Sequence record: MZ443769.1
Reading direction: 5' to 3' (one strand)
DNA length: 64,000 nt
Position 1 is the stretch's first letter, and each line of letters starts with the position of its first letter. The notes beneath the pieces were generated by a model, which made no database searches, was not told the origin of the DNA, and was given only the letters and a program-made list of their open reading frames with translations. Shown piece after piece: positions 54,798 to 64,000 of the stretch. The translations under genes were made by a program, and so were the position numbers.

Positions 54798-55294
54798 TAG
54801 AACTCCTTAGAATCACGGCATACGGTTGCAAGAAACTTACCGTTACGGAAGTTCGCAGCAGTCAGAATCAAGTCAGCACCAGAACCAGCGGCACCGATTG
54901 TCAGAATCAGGAAGCCGCCGTACGGTGTACTTGAGATATCTTTGTTGAAGACTAACACGTTATACGCTGCAAGGAAGTCACTCACTGTTCCTGCGAACGT
55001 TCCGTTTACTGTTGCAGTAAGACGAAATTTGTACTTGTTCGTAGAGCCGTGAATCCAACGTACAGGGTTGACATTGAGTGTTGTCATGTCAAGCACTGCG
55101 GTTGCACCGATTGCAGTCTGGATAGTCGTGCCGTCAGCAACAACGATGTTTGCTGGGTCAGGGACTTTTGCAAAACACACAGTTTTCTGCATGTTAGACA
55201 GACCATACTTCAATGGTGGGTCAGTTGCAGGACGTGCACCAGAAGAAGGAATGGTGATTCCGTTGGCAACTAGGGGGAAGGAAATTATTTCCAT
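54797..55294 (-). CDS. virion structural paralog, short type A-like
   Basis: LTIGAAGSGADLIL C-terminal motif; AGGAG RBS; CACAGTAATTTA upstream. Confidence 0.65.
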   Translation of the reverse strand: MEIISFPLVANGITIPSSGARPATDPPLKYGLSNMQKTVCFAKVPDPANIVVADGTTIQTAIGATAVLDMTTLNVNPVRWIHGSTNKYKFRLTATVNGTFAGTVSDFLAAYNVLVFNKDISSTPYGGFLILTIGAAGSGADLILTAANFRNGKFLATVCRDSKEF

Positions 55295-55320
55295 TGTGGT
55301 TTCTCCTGTTGATTCAAACT

Positions 55321-55332
55321 TAAATTACTGTG
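55321..55332 (-). promoter_or_regulatory. motif II putative promoter
   Basis: CACAGTAATTTA intergenic, oriented with gene 55294. Confidence 0.6.
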
Positions 55333-55371
55333 TGACGAAGTTCGTCTCAATAATAGGTCTGTGTTCTTGTC

Positions 55372-56385
55372 TTAAACTTGAAAGAGGCTCGTATACTCAG
55401 GGAAGAGGAAAGATGATGTGGACAGCGTGTACGATTGACCAGCAGTCCATGCAACTGATTGCACTATGTCACCGTCCTGATGAATATCAAATGACTCACA
55501 CACAAATTTCTCAGCAGTCCACACAGGACACAGTGCTTTAGTCAGCAGATAGTCTTCTGTGTTTGATGCCGTCGTTATGCCGTGCAGCAAGCGACTGGTC
55601 TTTAGTGGTGTATACGTTGTATTGTACCAATTATAGAAGCCTACACCACTTCCGTTGTTTTGGTACAAGTAGTATCTCCATACAGGCAGAGTACATACAA
55701 CGCCATTTAGTGCTGGTATAACTGGTATTGCTATCTCTTGTCCTGCAACTACGTTGCCTGCCATTGACTGACCGCCGGGTTTGGCCATAGCGCTCTGAGG
55801 TGAAGCGTAAGAGAAAGAGCTTTTATATGTGTCGTAGTAGTATAGATTTGTGCCAGAATTGGTAAATGCTGTTTGAGTTGAGGCCTCCGCAGCAGTAATA
55901 CGCCATGCAGTTACGGACGCAGCAAGAGCAGGGTCCATGTAATGGTATCGGAAATCGTACACGTTATTGTTGGTCGTTTTCGATGCACGAATTGCACTTC
56001 CTGTTGTTGTGCTGTACACTCCTGTGTCATTACCTCTATGCACGGAATACTCTTTGATTGCACGGTAGTCAGTGCCTAAAGTATCAGCAGCAACTACTTG
56101 GTCGCCAGACGAAGTGTTGGAATACTCATTAGAGAAGGACGCAAGTGCACCAGTCATTACAGGATAGTATCGGCCATCCTTAATACCAGAAGCAGGCGTG
56201 CATGATATAGTTTGTCCATCATTGTTGTATGCACAGCCTTTAGCTTTTGATACGGCCTGCATCCAATCTGCACCAGCCTTAATCGTATTTGTATCAAGTC
56301 CATTGAATAGAAAAAGCGACTTGCGAGCAATAGCCAAGTCTGCTTTAACACGCATACTACCTACAGATGCAAACTGCATACACAC
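55372..56385 (-). CDS. virion structural paralog E1
   Basis: ARKSLFLF..SKAKG..GIKDGRYY; Thr/Ser/Tyr-rich. Confidence 0.6.
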   Translation of the reverse strand: MCMQFASVGSMRVKADLAIARKSLFLFNGLDTNTIKAGADWMQAVSKAKGCAYNNDGQTISCTPASGIKDGRYYPVMTGALASFSNEYSNTSSGDQVVAADTLGTDYRAIKEYSVHRGNDTGVYSTTTGSAIRASKTTNNNVYDFRYHYMDPALAASVTAWRITAAEASTQTAFTNSGTNLYYYDTYKSSFSYASPQSAMAKPGGQSMAGNVVAGQEIAIPVIPALNGVVCTLPVWRYYLYQNNGSGVGFYNWYNTTYTPLKTSRLLHGITTASNTEDYLLTKALCPVWTAEKFVCESFDIHQDGDIVQSVAWTAGQSYTLSTSSFLFPEYTSLFQV

Positions 56386-56390
56386 CTCGA

Positions 56391-57413
56391 TTAAATCAAG
56401 AATGACTTAGGAATAACAATATCCGTAATCGCCGAGACTGTTATGTCAGGCTTGGTCGCAACAACGGTCTGTCCGTTCTGCACAAAGTCAGTTGATGCTC
56501 TGGCTATCTGAACAATAGCTCGGCCTTCTTCCGTAGCAACAGGCATCATACCCCAAGTGATTGCGTAGTTTGGTGTATCAGCTTTTGTCAGCTTGCCATA
56601 CATACGGTTAACATCGGACTGAACTATAGACGTCATAGGACCTGCGAAGTACGTTGTCTGATAGTTCCAACCACCACCTGAGAAGTTGTTCTGGCCGTAC
56701 ACAGACGTTCTGTACGAGGACAGAATTCTAGGTCCGTATAAACTTGCTAAGTTCAGAGACAACTCCGCACCAGCACTACCATTTCCTACACCAGTGTTCG
56801 AGCCTGTTAATACCGAAGTACCGTTAAGGTCTTTCGACGTCAAAGCCAGAGTGTTCATCTGAGATGTAATGGAAGAAGTCCAGCTATATGTCGAAGTAGA
56901 GCCGGACTGCGCGGAAGAGGGTGAGTAGCCAGAGTCCAACGTATTATACAGCGCAAGTCCAACATCTGTACCATCAAACGCAGGCATTAACATCACAGCA
57001 GTTGGTGCGAAGCCGTTATCGTCACTTGTATTTACATCTAAGTGCGAGCCTGCTTCTGCAATACCTGAGCCTGTAGACAGAGCACCGATAGAATAGAATC
57101 TGCGGAATACTTCACTGCCTGTGATAGACACGTTACCCCCAGGAATATTCGGAGGTGCGCCTGCATAGTTCGTTGTAGCAATTGCGAAGTACAGCTTATT
57201 CGTTTTCCAGCCCGCAGCACGACTGGTCAACATCTTGTTCGATGCGTTAACGCTGCCACTAAACGAACGAGCTTTGTTCATTGTATCTATTGCTGAGATG
57301 AGGGTGCTTTCGGAAGTCGGGGGAGTAGCATCATCTGTGAACAGAAACATTCGGCGGCGAGCCTGATTCAATTTCTGTTCAAGCAGGAAAGAGCCTTTCG
57401 CTGCATACATCAT
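56391..57413 (-). CDS. virion structural paralog E2
   Basis: ARRRMFLF, AGWKTNKLY, MPAFDGT, TWGMMP. Confidence 0.65.
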   Translation of the reverse strand: MMYAAKGSFLLEQKLNQARRRMFLFTDDATPPTSESTLISAIDTMNKARSFSGSVNASNKMLTSRAAGWKTNKLYFAIATTNYAGAPPNIPGGNVSITGSEVFRRFYSIGALSTGSGIAEAGSHLDVNTSDDNGFAPTAVMLMPAFDGTDVGLALYNTLDSGYSPSSAQSGSTSTYSWTSSITSQMNTLALTSKDLNGTSVLTGSNTGVGNGSAGAELSLNLASLYGPRILSSYRTSVYGQNNFSGGGWNYQTTYFAGPMTSIVQSDVNRMYGKLTKADTPNYAITWGMMPVATEEGRAIVQIARASTDFVQNGQTVVATKPDITVSAITDIVIPKSFLI

Positions 57414-57424
57414 AGGTTATTTCC

Positions 57425-58483
57425 TCATACAATATATTTCTTATCCATACTCAATGCTGTGACTTCTCTCATTTGCATAACAGGCTTCACTCCTGGTGTA
57501 GTTAAACCTGTCTGGTCGAAGTCAGTTCCTGCACGAAGTACGATTGCGTACAGAGGTACATCAGGCTTATCACCTGCGATAGGCATCATACCCCATGTGA
57601 GTGAGTAATCAGCAGTATCTGGTTTCGATGAAGCGATACCAAATAAATAGTTCTCGTCTTTAACGGCTGTTGTTGAATTCAAAGGTCCATAGGAATAGTT
57701 AGACGTAGTGCCTGTGACTGTCTCACTGTAAGGGCTCTTAGATACTGTGTACACCCAGGTGCTGGGCGCAAACAATCTAGGACCAAGTGAACCTGCCGAA
57801 GTTGTATAGACACCACCATTAGATATATCACTCCCTGTTTTGAATATATACGCAGTATCAGCCGTGAAATTTAACTGAGTAATCTCCGTATAGTTCAACA
57901 TAGTAGTCGTGGTCGTGGTCCAACGAGAAGTCACGATACCCAAGCTTGTCTGACTAGAGCCAGACGAAGATGTAGAAAGAGTAGGCAACGAGTCAGGTAA
58001 CGAGCGCAGAGGCGTAGACAATTGACTGACCTGGGTACCATCGAATGCAGGCATTGACATTACGTGATCAAGTGGTGCTCTTGGTACTGCATGATCAAGT
58101 GTCTCAAGTACAGAACCTGTCCCATCATAGTATGTACCTGGATTTGATCTACCCATGCTATAATATCTGGAGAACATATCAAAAACAGTTACAGTTTTCG
58201 ATGCCTGCGCTCTCGATATAGAGGTGTCAGTAGGAAACACAGATGGCACAAAATTGTAATACAGGCGATTGTTTTTCCAACCTGCTGATCGCACACATGA
58301 CATTGAAAGGTCTGCATTCAGTTTAGCGCAGAAACCTCTTGCTGCATTTATCTTTCCAACAACCGTCTGCACTGAATCGTATCTGTCAGGCACAACAACG
58401 TCATCAGAGAAAAGGAACATGCGTTGAGCCGCTAGCTTGGCTTTCTTCTCCAGAACCCATGCTGCGTTTGATACGAATAGCAT
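57425..58483 (-). CDS. virion structural paralog E3
   Basis: AAQRMFLF, AGWKNNRLY, MPAFDGT, TWGMMP. Confidence 0.65.
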   Translation of the reverse strand: MLFVSNAAWVLEKKAKLAAQRMFLFSDDVVVPDRYDSVQTVVGKINAARGFCAKLNADLSMSCVRSAGWKNNRLYYNFVPSVFPTDTSISRAQASKTVTVFDMFSRYYSMGRSNPGTYYDGTGSVLETLDHAVPRAPLDHVMSMPAFDGTQVSQLSTPLRSLPDSLPTLSTSSSGSSQTSLGIVTSRWTTTTTTMLNYTEITQLNFTADTAYIFKTGSDISNGGVYTTSAGSLGPRLFAPSTWVYTVSKSPYSETVTGTTSNYSYGPLNSTTAVKDENYLFGIASSKPDTADYSLTWGMMPIAGDKPDVPLYAIVLRAGTDFDQTGLTTPGVKPVMQMREVTALSMDKKYIV

Positions 58484-58524
58484 ATACTCTCCTCAGTATA
58501 ACCTAATGCTTCTATTGGAAATGC

Positions 58525-58562
58525 GAAAGGGGCAGTACCTCAGAAGATACATGCCCCTTTTT
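58525..58562. terminator. hairpin with flanking A/T tracts
   Basis: AAAGGGGCA...TGCCCCTTTTT. Confidence 0.6.
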
Positions 58563-58563
58563 G

Positions 58564-59145
58564 TTATACCAGCAAGCGGCCGGCTATTGTGACTGCTACA
58601 CCGTTAAGAGTAGTATCAACTGTTTCTGGTGCAGTAACACGGAGCTGATCGCCAGAGACTAAGATAATCTCTTGACCGATGTAAGCACCAACAGCAGCAA
58701 ATACACCTGTCTTAGATGCAGCCGCGAAAGTGATAGTACCAATCTGAATGACAGACGCAGTGAGTGAATCGTATACGTTCACTTTGAACACGCTACTTGC
58801 GGTCGCTGCGGTATCAGCTTGAGCCATACTGCCTGCAAAGTTAGTGGTGATTGCAGTCGTGCGCACAGATAAATAACGTGCGATCTCCTGAGCACCCGCA
58901 TAACGTTTAAGCATAGACAGTCCGACGTCATATGGATTGACAGACTGGAGTTGAGAAACCCACTTAGCACGTACAGTCGAGTAGACATATATGCCAGGTT
59001 GGTTCTGGCCAACAACAGCAGTCAAATACCAGACACGTCCGTTCGTCGGGCTTGATGGAAAAGCAGGACCTGATGAATTGGGGTCACCTGGTACTCGTGT
59101 GATCTGGGATTGCTGTCCAGCGAGTTGAATACCAAAAGAGTACAT
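58564..59145 (-). CDS. probable virion/fibre-associated protein
   Basis: AFPSSPTNGRVWY fibre-type motif; AGGAG RBS. Confidence 0.6.
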   Translation of the reverse strand: MYSFGIQLAGQQSQITRVPGDPNSSGPAFPSSPTNGRVWYLTAVVGQNQPGIYVYSTVRAKWVSQLQSVNPYDVGLSMLKRYAGAQEIARYLSVRTTAITTNFAGSMAQADTAATASSVFKVNVYDSLTASVIQIGTITFAAASKTGVFAAVGAYIGQEIILVSGDQLRVTAPETVDTTLNGVAVTIAGRLLV

Positions 59146-59155
59146 AATGTTTCTC

Positions 59156-59377
59156 CTATGCTACGCGCACTTCACCGCTAACGGCATACGGGAACGTAAC
59201 TTTGACTGTGTTGTTATCGACGATCACCACATCAAGCGGAAGCACCTGATGTAACAAACCGTCCGGCATGTTCACGCACGTAGTTACAACTACTGGTCTG
59301 CCGAAGTTATGAACAATTGTCCATTCGGTGGCAGGCTCCTGTTGAACGTGCGACTTACCCATCGAATAATTGAGCAT
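59156..59377 (-). CDS. 73-aa stand-alone W-x3-HN module protein
   Basis: EWTIVHNFGRPVVV...DNNTVKVTF...SGEV. Confidence 0.65.
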   Translation of the reverse strand: MLNYSMGKSHVQQEPATEWTIVHNFGRPVVVTTCVNMPDGLLHQVLPLDVVIVDNNTVKVTFPYAVSGEVRVA

Positions 59378-59389
59378 AAGTCCTCGTTG

Positions 59390-60319
59390 TTAAAGATTGT
59401 AGATCGCTGCTGGTATGCGGACTAGCGGCAGGCTGTCTGAGAAACTTCCTTGATACACATCACCGGGAATCATTGATTCAGGCACTGTGAATTCGCTCTC
59501 GTCTAGCAAGTACATCAGAAAATCATTAGCACCCGTGTACACAACGACAGCAGCCCACGAGATGTTTACTGATTCATCCGTAGAAGCAACTACAGGCAGA
59601 CGGGCAGTGCGCTTAGACGTCGTACCGTTCGAAAACGCAGGGAAGCTTGTACTGCGATTCACTCCACAAAACGAAATACCTTTCAATGTGGAGACGTTTA
59701 CGCTTATACCCGCATCCATTGTGAAGTTTATCGTGCTCGTGGAGTTACCGTAGTTATAACCGTACGCAGTGTTCTGACCGTTCGTTGTATCGGTATGCGC
59801 GTTGGCTAACATACTGATCGACGTGGTGGACGGATATGGGTTCGTGTTAGCTCTAGACGACATACCTACAGGTGGAATAGAGATTCGAGCACTCCCTCCT
59901 ATAGCCCTGACTGCTTGAGGGACTAGGTACACAGCAGTAACATCCGTTGTAGCAAACGTTACACCATAGCCACCAGCCCATGACGGACCCACATCTTGCA
60001 ACGTCGGACCACTACCTCTTCGATTATTTTCCTGCACACCACTTTCCATTGGGACAGCAGAGAGTGAGAAAGTATCATCAGAAGTAAAGTCCAAGTCAAT
60101 GCGCATGTACGACATTTTAGTCAGATAGTACGTGCTGCCCAATCGGCCTCTAACTGGGTTCAGATTGAAGTTTCTTCCCAGCATAGAGTATACGGTAGTA
60201 CGCGCCTCTCCCTGCGTTGCCTTCCAATCTGCAAGAGACTTGACGTCCTTTGAGGTTGTTTCATCGAAGAACGATGCGTACCGCAGAACACTATCTGTAG
60301 AAAGAAGTGCCATCTGCAT
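59390..60319 (-). CDS. virion structural paralog E4-like
   Basis: RYASFFDET...ISWAAVVVY; GGAGG RBS. Confidence 0.6.
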   Translation of the reverse strand: MQMALLSTDSVLRYASFFDETTSKDVKSLADWKATQGEARTTVYSMLGRNFNLNPVRGRLGSTYYLTKMSYMRIDLDFTSDDTFSLSAVPMESGVQENNRRGSGPTLQDVGPSWAGGYGVTFATTDVTAVYLVPQAVRAIGGSARISIPPVGMSSRANTNPYPSTTSISMLANAHTDTTNGQNTAYGYNYGNSTSTINFTMDAGISVNVSTLKGISFCGVNRSTSFPAFSNGTTSKRTARLPVVASTDESVNISWAAVVVYTGANDFLMYLLDESEFTVPESMIPGDVYQGSFSDSLPLVRIPAAIYNL

Positions 60320-60332
60320 ACTAACCTCCAGA

Positions 60333-60929
60333 TTAATACAGGACTACGGTACCAGACTGAGCAGAATCGAATGTAATGGTCAACTGGCTTGTGCTGTTAT
60401 GCACAATAGACTGCGGCTGAACTTCTTTGCTGCCCTGATAGATACGAACAGCAGGATTGTAGCCGAGGTTATGCGTCACTACCCACTCAGCTTCATCCGT
60501 ATACGACGCAGTGAATGCAACAGTAGGAGTAGGCAGACCAGACTCAACACCAGACAGCAGAACAGCAGTACCGGCCACAGGCTCTGGGAAGAGTACAACA
60601 ATGTTGTTTGCGTCGGTTGCGTGAATCGAGGAGGGCATGACCACATCACCGTTTTCATCGTAACACTGTACGATAGGTGTTGCAGAGTTCATGTTGTGCG
60701 CGATTTCCCAGCGTGAGCTGGCGGCGGGTTGCTTGTAACGGTACATCGTCATTTGCTGCGTAAGCGGAACCCACACAGGAAGTTCTGCGATTTCAACACA
60801 CAGCATCAAACGCTTTTCCATGAAGATTGCCATGCCCGGCTTAGGGTTAGATGGCCAGTCAGTCGCAATGTCGAAAGCGAATTGACTAAGGGAACCAAAC
60901 GTAAGATCGAGTGTTCCGTAGAGTTTCAT
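60333..60929 (-). CDS. structural protein with two W-x3-HN modules
   Basis: WEIAHNMN...FPEPVAGTA and WVVTHNLG...FDSAQSGTV; ATG at 60929 with AGGAG RBS. Confidence 0.65.
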   Translation of the reverse strand: MKLYGTLDLTFGSLSQFAFDIATDWPSNPKPGMAIFMEKRLMLCVEIAELPVWVPLTQQMTMYRYKQPAASSRWEIAHNMNSATPIVQCYDENGDVVMPSSIHATDANNIVVLFPEPVAGTAVLLSGVESGLPTPTVAFTASYTDEAEWVVTHNLGYNPAVRIYQGSKEVQPQSIVHNSTSQLTITFDSAQSGTVVLY

Positions 60930-60947
60930 AAATCTCTCCTGAATAGT

Positions 60948-60977
60948 AAAAAGGGTGAGCACAGGCCCACCCCTTTT
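60948..60977 (-). terminator. probable terminator
   Basis: GGGTGGGC-CTGT-GCTCACCC-TTTTT on the minus strand. Confidence 0.55.
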
Positions 60978-61008
60978 GGATGCTTCTATTAACTTACTTG
61001 CTTAACGC

Positions 61009-62622
61009 TTAGACTTCAACGTAAGCATTGACACCGGTTACGAATGCGATTGCAACTTTCTTCGCAGTAGACAGTTCTACGCGCAGGCTGTTAGCATCAA
61101 CAAACACAACTTCATCAGGGATGATCTGGTAGCCAGTGTCATCAACAACGGTAACGGTACCGTACTTCACACCAGCGTTGTGCGTGAAGGTGTGAGCAGT
61201 TGCAGCAACATCGCCACCAGCAGTTTTGTCGTACTGATACAGTTTAGCAGCACCAGAAGCGGAGCCAGCAGCAACTGCGTCATCGACATATTTCTTGGAG
61301 ACAACAGACGCATCAACCAGTGGGTCTTCGCCAGTCAGAGTCAGGGCAGCAACTTCACCGCCTTCTGCATCAATGAAGCCTAGGGTTTTCAGAGCAGCAG
61401 CATCAACGATGATTTTGCTTGTACCAGCGTCTTTAGTCAGACCAGCACCCAGAGCAGCGGCAGCGATCTTCGCATAAGTAACGCCGTCGTCAGCGATGCC
61501 GATACCATCAACAGTACGGGACAGTGAAGCACCGTTCAGTTTAACACGGGCTTTGTTGGCGTTGAACTCCAAGCCGCTGTTAGTGTCAAGGCCGAGTGTC
61601 ACAGCGTTGTCAGTGATAACAATACCGTCGCCTGTCTTAACGTTAACAACGTTCGCTACTTTCTCCAAACCGTTACCGGCGTTGAAGTCAGAAGTACCGC
61701 CGAAGCTACCCCATGCAGTACCATCGAAGCGACGGTAGTCAGTGTCTGCTTTAGACCAAGTAACAGCACCACCAGCTTCTGGGCTAGTAGGGTCGAACTT
61801 GATAACAAACGCAGAACCAACGTACTGAACGATCATGTTGTCGGTCAGGCCAGTGATAGTGCCGAAGTTCGGGTTGATGGTTTCAGCATCCAGAATCAGG
61901 TAACGCTTGCCAGCAACCAGCTCTGGGTCAAGAGTACCGTCAGTCTGAATCGCGTCGATATCAGCTAACCAGTCGATACCAGCGATTGCGTTGTCGATAT
62001 CGATCTTACGAGCGGCATCGTTCGGGCTTGAAGGCGCTGCCAGATTGGTAACAGTGTTACCGTCTGCATTCAGGTCACCAGTCAGTGTGCCGTTAGCAGC
62101 ATTCAGCTTAGAAGCAACCTCAGTACCCAGGTCAGACACATCACCACTGATAGTGGTCAGCTGGGTCTGGATGCCAGAAGTAACACCAGACAGATAGCCG
62201 AGTTCAGCAGCAGTGACAGTTGAAGTTTGCAGGGCATTATCAGCACCCGCAATAACAACGCCGTTCTGAGTCAGACCAGTGATTTTGTCTTGCTTGGTAC
62301 CGACAACGGTTTCTACGTGTTTCTTAGAAACAGCAGCGTTGTCAGCAGAAGCAGACTGGTCATCACCAGACAGTTCGAGGTCAGCAGTCATTGCCACGGT
62401 ACCGTCAGCCAGAATAACTCCGTCTAACGATGCTCCGCCTTCGCCCAGTGCCTTGATTGCAGTGCCATCGAAGTATTTGTATTTACCTTCGGTGGTGTTG
62501 AACCACAGGCGGCCAGTTTGTGCTGCAACCAAATCACCTACGACCGGATCTGTATCAAGATTTTCCGGACGGAAGTTCTTAATTGCTGCACCTAACATTA
62601 AATCAAGATTACCAGTACGCAT
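61009..62622 (-). CDS. tail-fibre/whisker-like protein
   Basis: Fibre neck motifs (NAAVSKKHVE, VTNLAAP..NDAARKIDID, VVSKKYVDD), GxGL beta repeats, C-terminal HN module. Confidence 0.7.
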   Translation of the reverse strand: MRTGNLDLMLGAAIKNFRPENLDTDPVVGDLVAAQTGRLWFNTTEGKYKYFDGTAIKALGEGGASLDGVILADGTVAMTADLELSGDDQSASADNAAVSKKHVETVVGTKQDKITGLTQNGVVIAGADNALQTSTVTAAELGYLSGVTSGIQTQLTTISGDVSDLGTEVASKLNAANGTLTGDLNADGNTVTNLAAPSSPNDAARKIDIDNAIAGIDWLADIDAIQTDGTLDPELVAGKRYLILDAETINPNFGTITGLTDNMIVQYVGSAFVIKFDPTSPEAGGAVTWSKADTDYRRFDGTAWGSFGGTSDFNAGNGLEKVANVVNVKTGDGIVITDNAVTLGLDTNSGLEFNANKARVKLNGASLSRTVDGIGIADDGVTYAKIAAAALGAGLTKDAGTSKIIVDAAALKTLGFIDAEGGEVAALTLTGEDPLVDASVVSKKYVDDAVAAGSASGAAKLYQYDKTAGGDVAATAHTFTHNAGVKYGTVTVVDDTGYQIIPDEVVFVDANSLRVELSTAKKVAIAFVTGVNAYVEV

Positions 62623-62645
62623 TGTATTCTCCTAGTGCGCGGGAT

Positions 62646-63389
62646 TTAGAAAAACTGACTGTCACACTCACCTAAACTACAACGTAGTCTTTGGTATGCA
62701 GCAACACGTTCTTCAATGAGATTAATATACTTGTCGTCGATGCTGAACTTCGCTCGTAACGGCGCTTCATAGTCATCGAGTAAGTGATGCCTCTTGTACA
62801 CGTCGGCACGAAGAAGCGGTGTGCTAACCCCAGTACATTCCATAATACTAAGATCAATTTTGTCGGCATAAATGAAAGGCCGCTCCCGTTTACACAGGAT
62901 ATAATCTATCTCATGTAAATTAAAGAGTGTGAAATTCATATAGCCAATAATGAACTCTGCGATAAGCCTGAACGATTCAGACATATCTTGCCTGAGCTGT
63001 TGTGTGAGTATCTGACCAATCAGCGGAGTTATTTCTTGTCGCAGATCAGTCCAAGTCTCATACAGCGGCACGGGAAAATCTTCAGGATGTGCTTCCATAA
63101 TAGCAAGCACATTACGTTCCATATCAGCGAACGATGTTAGAACGTCAGCAGCGTCAACTTCCGTGACGACACCACTGCCTGTTAGAATGAATCTGCATTC
63201 AACGTCTCTTAACCACGATTCAGATGCAGATAAGTATTGGAGTAAAATTTCTCTGGCTCCAGCAGTGAAATCATGCCGTTCGGAGTCAAGAACCTCACTG
63301 AGCATGAAAGCCTTTGCCTTGTAGAAATCAATATAACGTTCGGCAGTAAATCGTCGAAACGCTATGTTATTTCTCAAGTAGCCTGTCAT
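62646..63389 (-). CDS. hypothetical protein
   Basis: ATGA overlap, 247 aa. Confidence 0.65.
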   Translation of the reverse strand: MTGYLRNNIAFRRFTAERYIDFYKAKAFMLSEVLDSERHDFTAGAREILLQYLSASESWLRDVECRFILTGSGVVTEVDAADVLTSFADMERNVLAIMEAHPEDFPVPLYETWTDLRQEITPLIGQILTQQLRQDMSESFRLIAEFIIGYMNFTLFNLHEIDYILCKRERPFIYADKIDLSIMECTGVSTPLLRADVYKRHHLLDDYEAPLRAKFSIDDKYINLIEERVAAYQRLRCSLGECDSQFF

Positions 63390-63892
63390 CGCAACGCCCT
63401 CAGATCATTTACGCCCGAACCACCAGGTGCATTCGGGGACGTATACAAGGAACTCGACAAGCTGTGCAGTCTGAGACTGAGCGAGCCAAGTTCTTGTCGC
63501 AGATCGCTTATACCATCGAGCACTTCACGCATTAAGTCGGAAGAGGATTGATGATCACGCGATTGTTGGGAGATGATTCGCTCGAAGCGTTGAATAGCTC
63601 TGAGCACTGAATTCAAACCCTCTTTCATATCTAAATTATCGACTGGTGCAGACTCGGAAAATGCCTGAACAGCTTTCTTAATCTCTTCCAGTTCAGCAGA
63701 CACAGTAACTGAATCGTACTGGCCTGTTGGGTCTTCGTCTATTTCTGCTAACCTTGCTTTCGCTTGCTCCAGCTCTTCCATCATGGGAATGACTTTCAAC
63801 CAATAAAAGCCTCCCCCTAGAATGAGCGCAATAACTGAAAGAGCAGTTGCATACTCGGACGCAAGCAGTTGCCCTAAGATATCCGTCCACAT
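63386..63892 (-). CDS. membrane-anchored coiled-coil protein
   Basis: TM LSVIALILGGGFYWL then heptads; ATG at 63892. Confidence 0.6.
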   Translation of the reverse strand: MWTDILGQLLASEYATALSVIALILGGGFYWLKVIPMMEELEQAKARLAEIDEDPTGQYDSVTVSAELEEIKKAVQAFSESAPVDNLDMKEGLNSVLRAIQRFERIISQQSRDHQSSSDLMREVLDGISDLRQELGSLSLRLHSLSSSLYTSPNAPGGSGVNDLRALR

Positions 63893-64000
63893 TCTATTCA
63901 ACCCTTACAGGTGTTCTCATTAAGTTCGATGATAACCCTCTGAGCACCTGGTTCGTTTACGTCAGTGGTTTTATACGTGTGCGCCATCCGAGGCTTGAAC

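Noticed and set aside
46063-60319. Diversity-generating retroelement or invertible shufflon behind the paralog array
   Set aside because: No reverse transcriptase, invertase or template/variable repeat pair with adenine-specific mismatches was seen; the longest identity noticed is 23 nt.
60132-60716. 194-aa + strand ORF in the structural block
   Set aside because: It is antisense to two motif-bearing - strand genes; low-information composition.
1-64000. Prophage or nucleus-forming (phiKZ-like) identity
   Set aside because: No integrase, repressor, att-like junction or host genes, and no chimallin, PhuZ or multisubunit RNAP genes recognised. Absence in this window does not exclude them elsewhere in the genome.

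Overview
The window is a gene-dense segment of a large lytic dsDNA phage (jumbo-phage-like), probably infecting a Gram-negative host given its lipoprotein spanin. No integrase, tRNA, rRNA or CRISPR array was seen. Positions 1-44.6 kb are on the + strand: a DnaB-type helicase, an intein-containing terminase large subunit, a probable portal, a 5'-3' exonuclease, nucleotide and DNA-modification genes (CmoA, Asn-synthetase-like ligase, 2OG-Fe(II) oxygenase, Dam, dCMP deaminase, ThyA, ParB-like, intein-containing C5 cytosine transferase) and many small accessory ORFs. Positions 44.6-64 kb are on the - strand: a lysis cassette and a long array of paralogous virion or fibre genes. Main finding: parts for a carboxy-SAM-dependent cytosine hypermodification pathway are dispersed in the window. 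They are a CmoA-type Cx-SAM synthase (12641-13411), an adjacent glutaminase-less Asn-synthetase-like ligase (13437-14309), and a C5-MTase 16 kb away with Arg in place of the motif-X Asn and an intein at its catalytic Cys (30415-32544). Directly downstream of the ligase is an unannotated 49-aa peptide with ten Asp-Pro-Ala repeats, followed by a prolyl-4-hydroxylase-like gene, so a peptide-modification (RiPP-like) reading competes with or extends the DNA reading. Other signals: a stand-alone NrdA C-terminal-tail mini-protein, a frameshifted TOPRIM gene, an Acb2/Tad1-like hairpin, two recurring promoter-like motifs and a hairpin family with conserved tandem G-U pairs. All family calls are motif recognition by eye; no searches were run.
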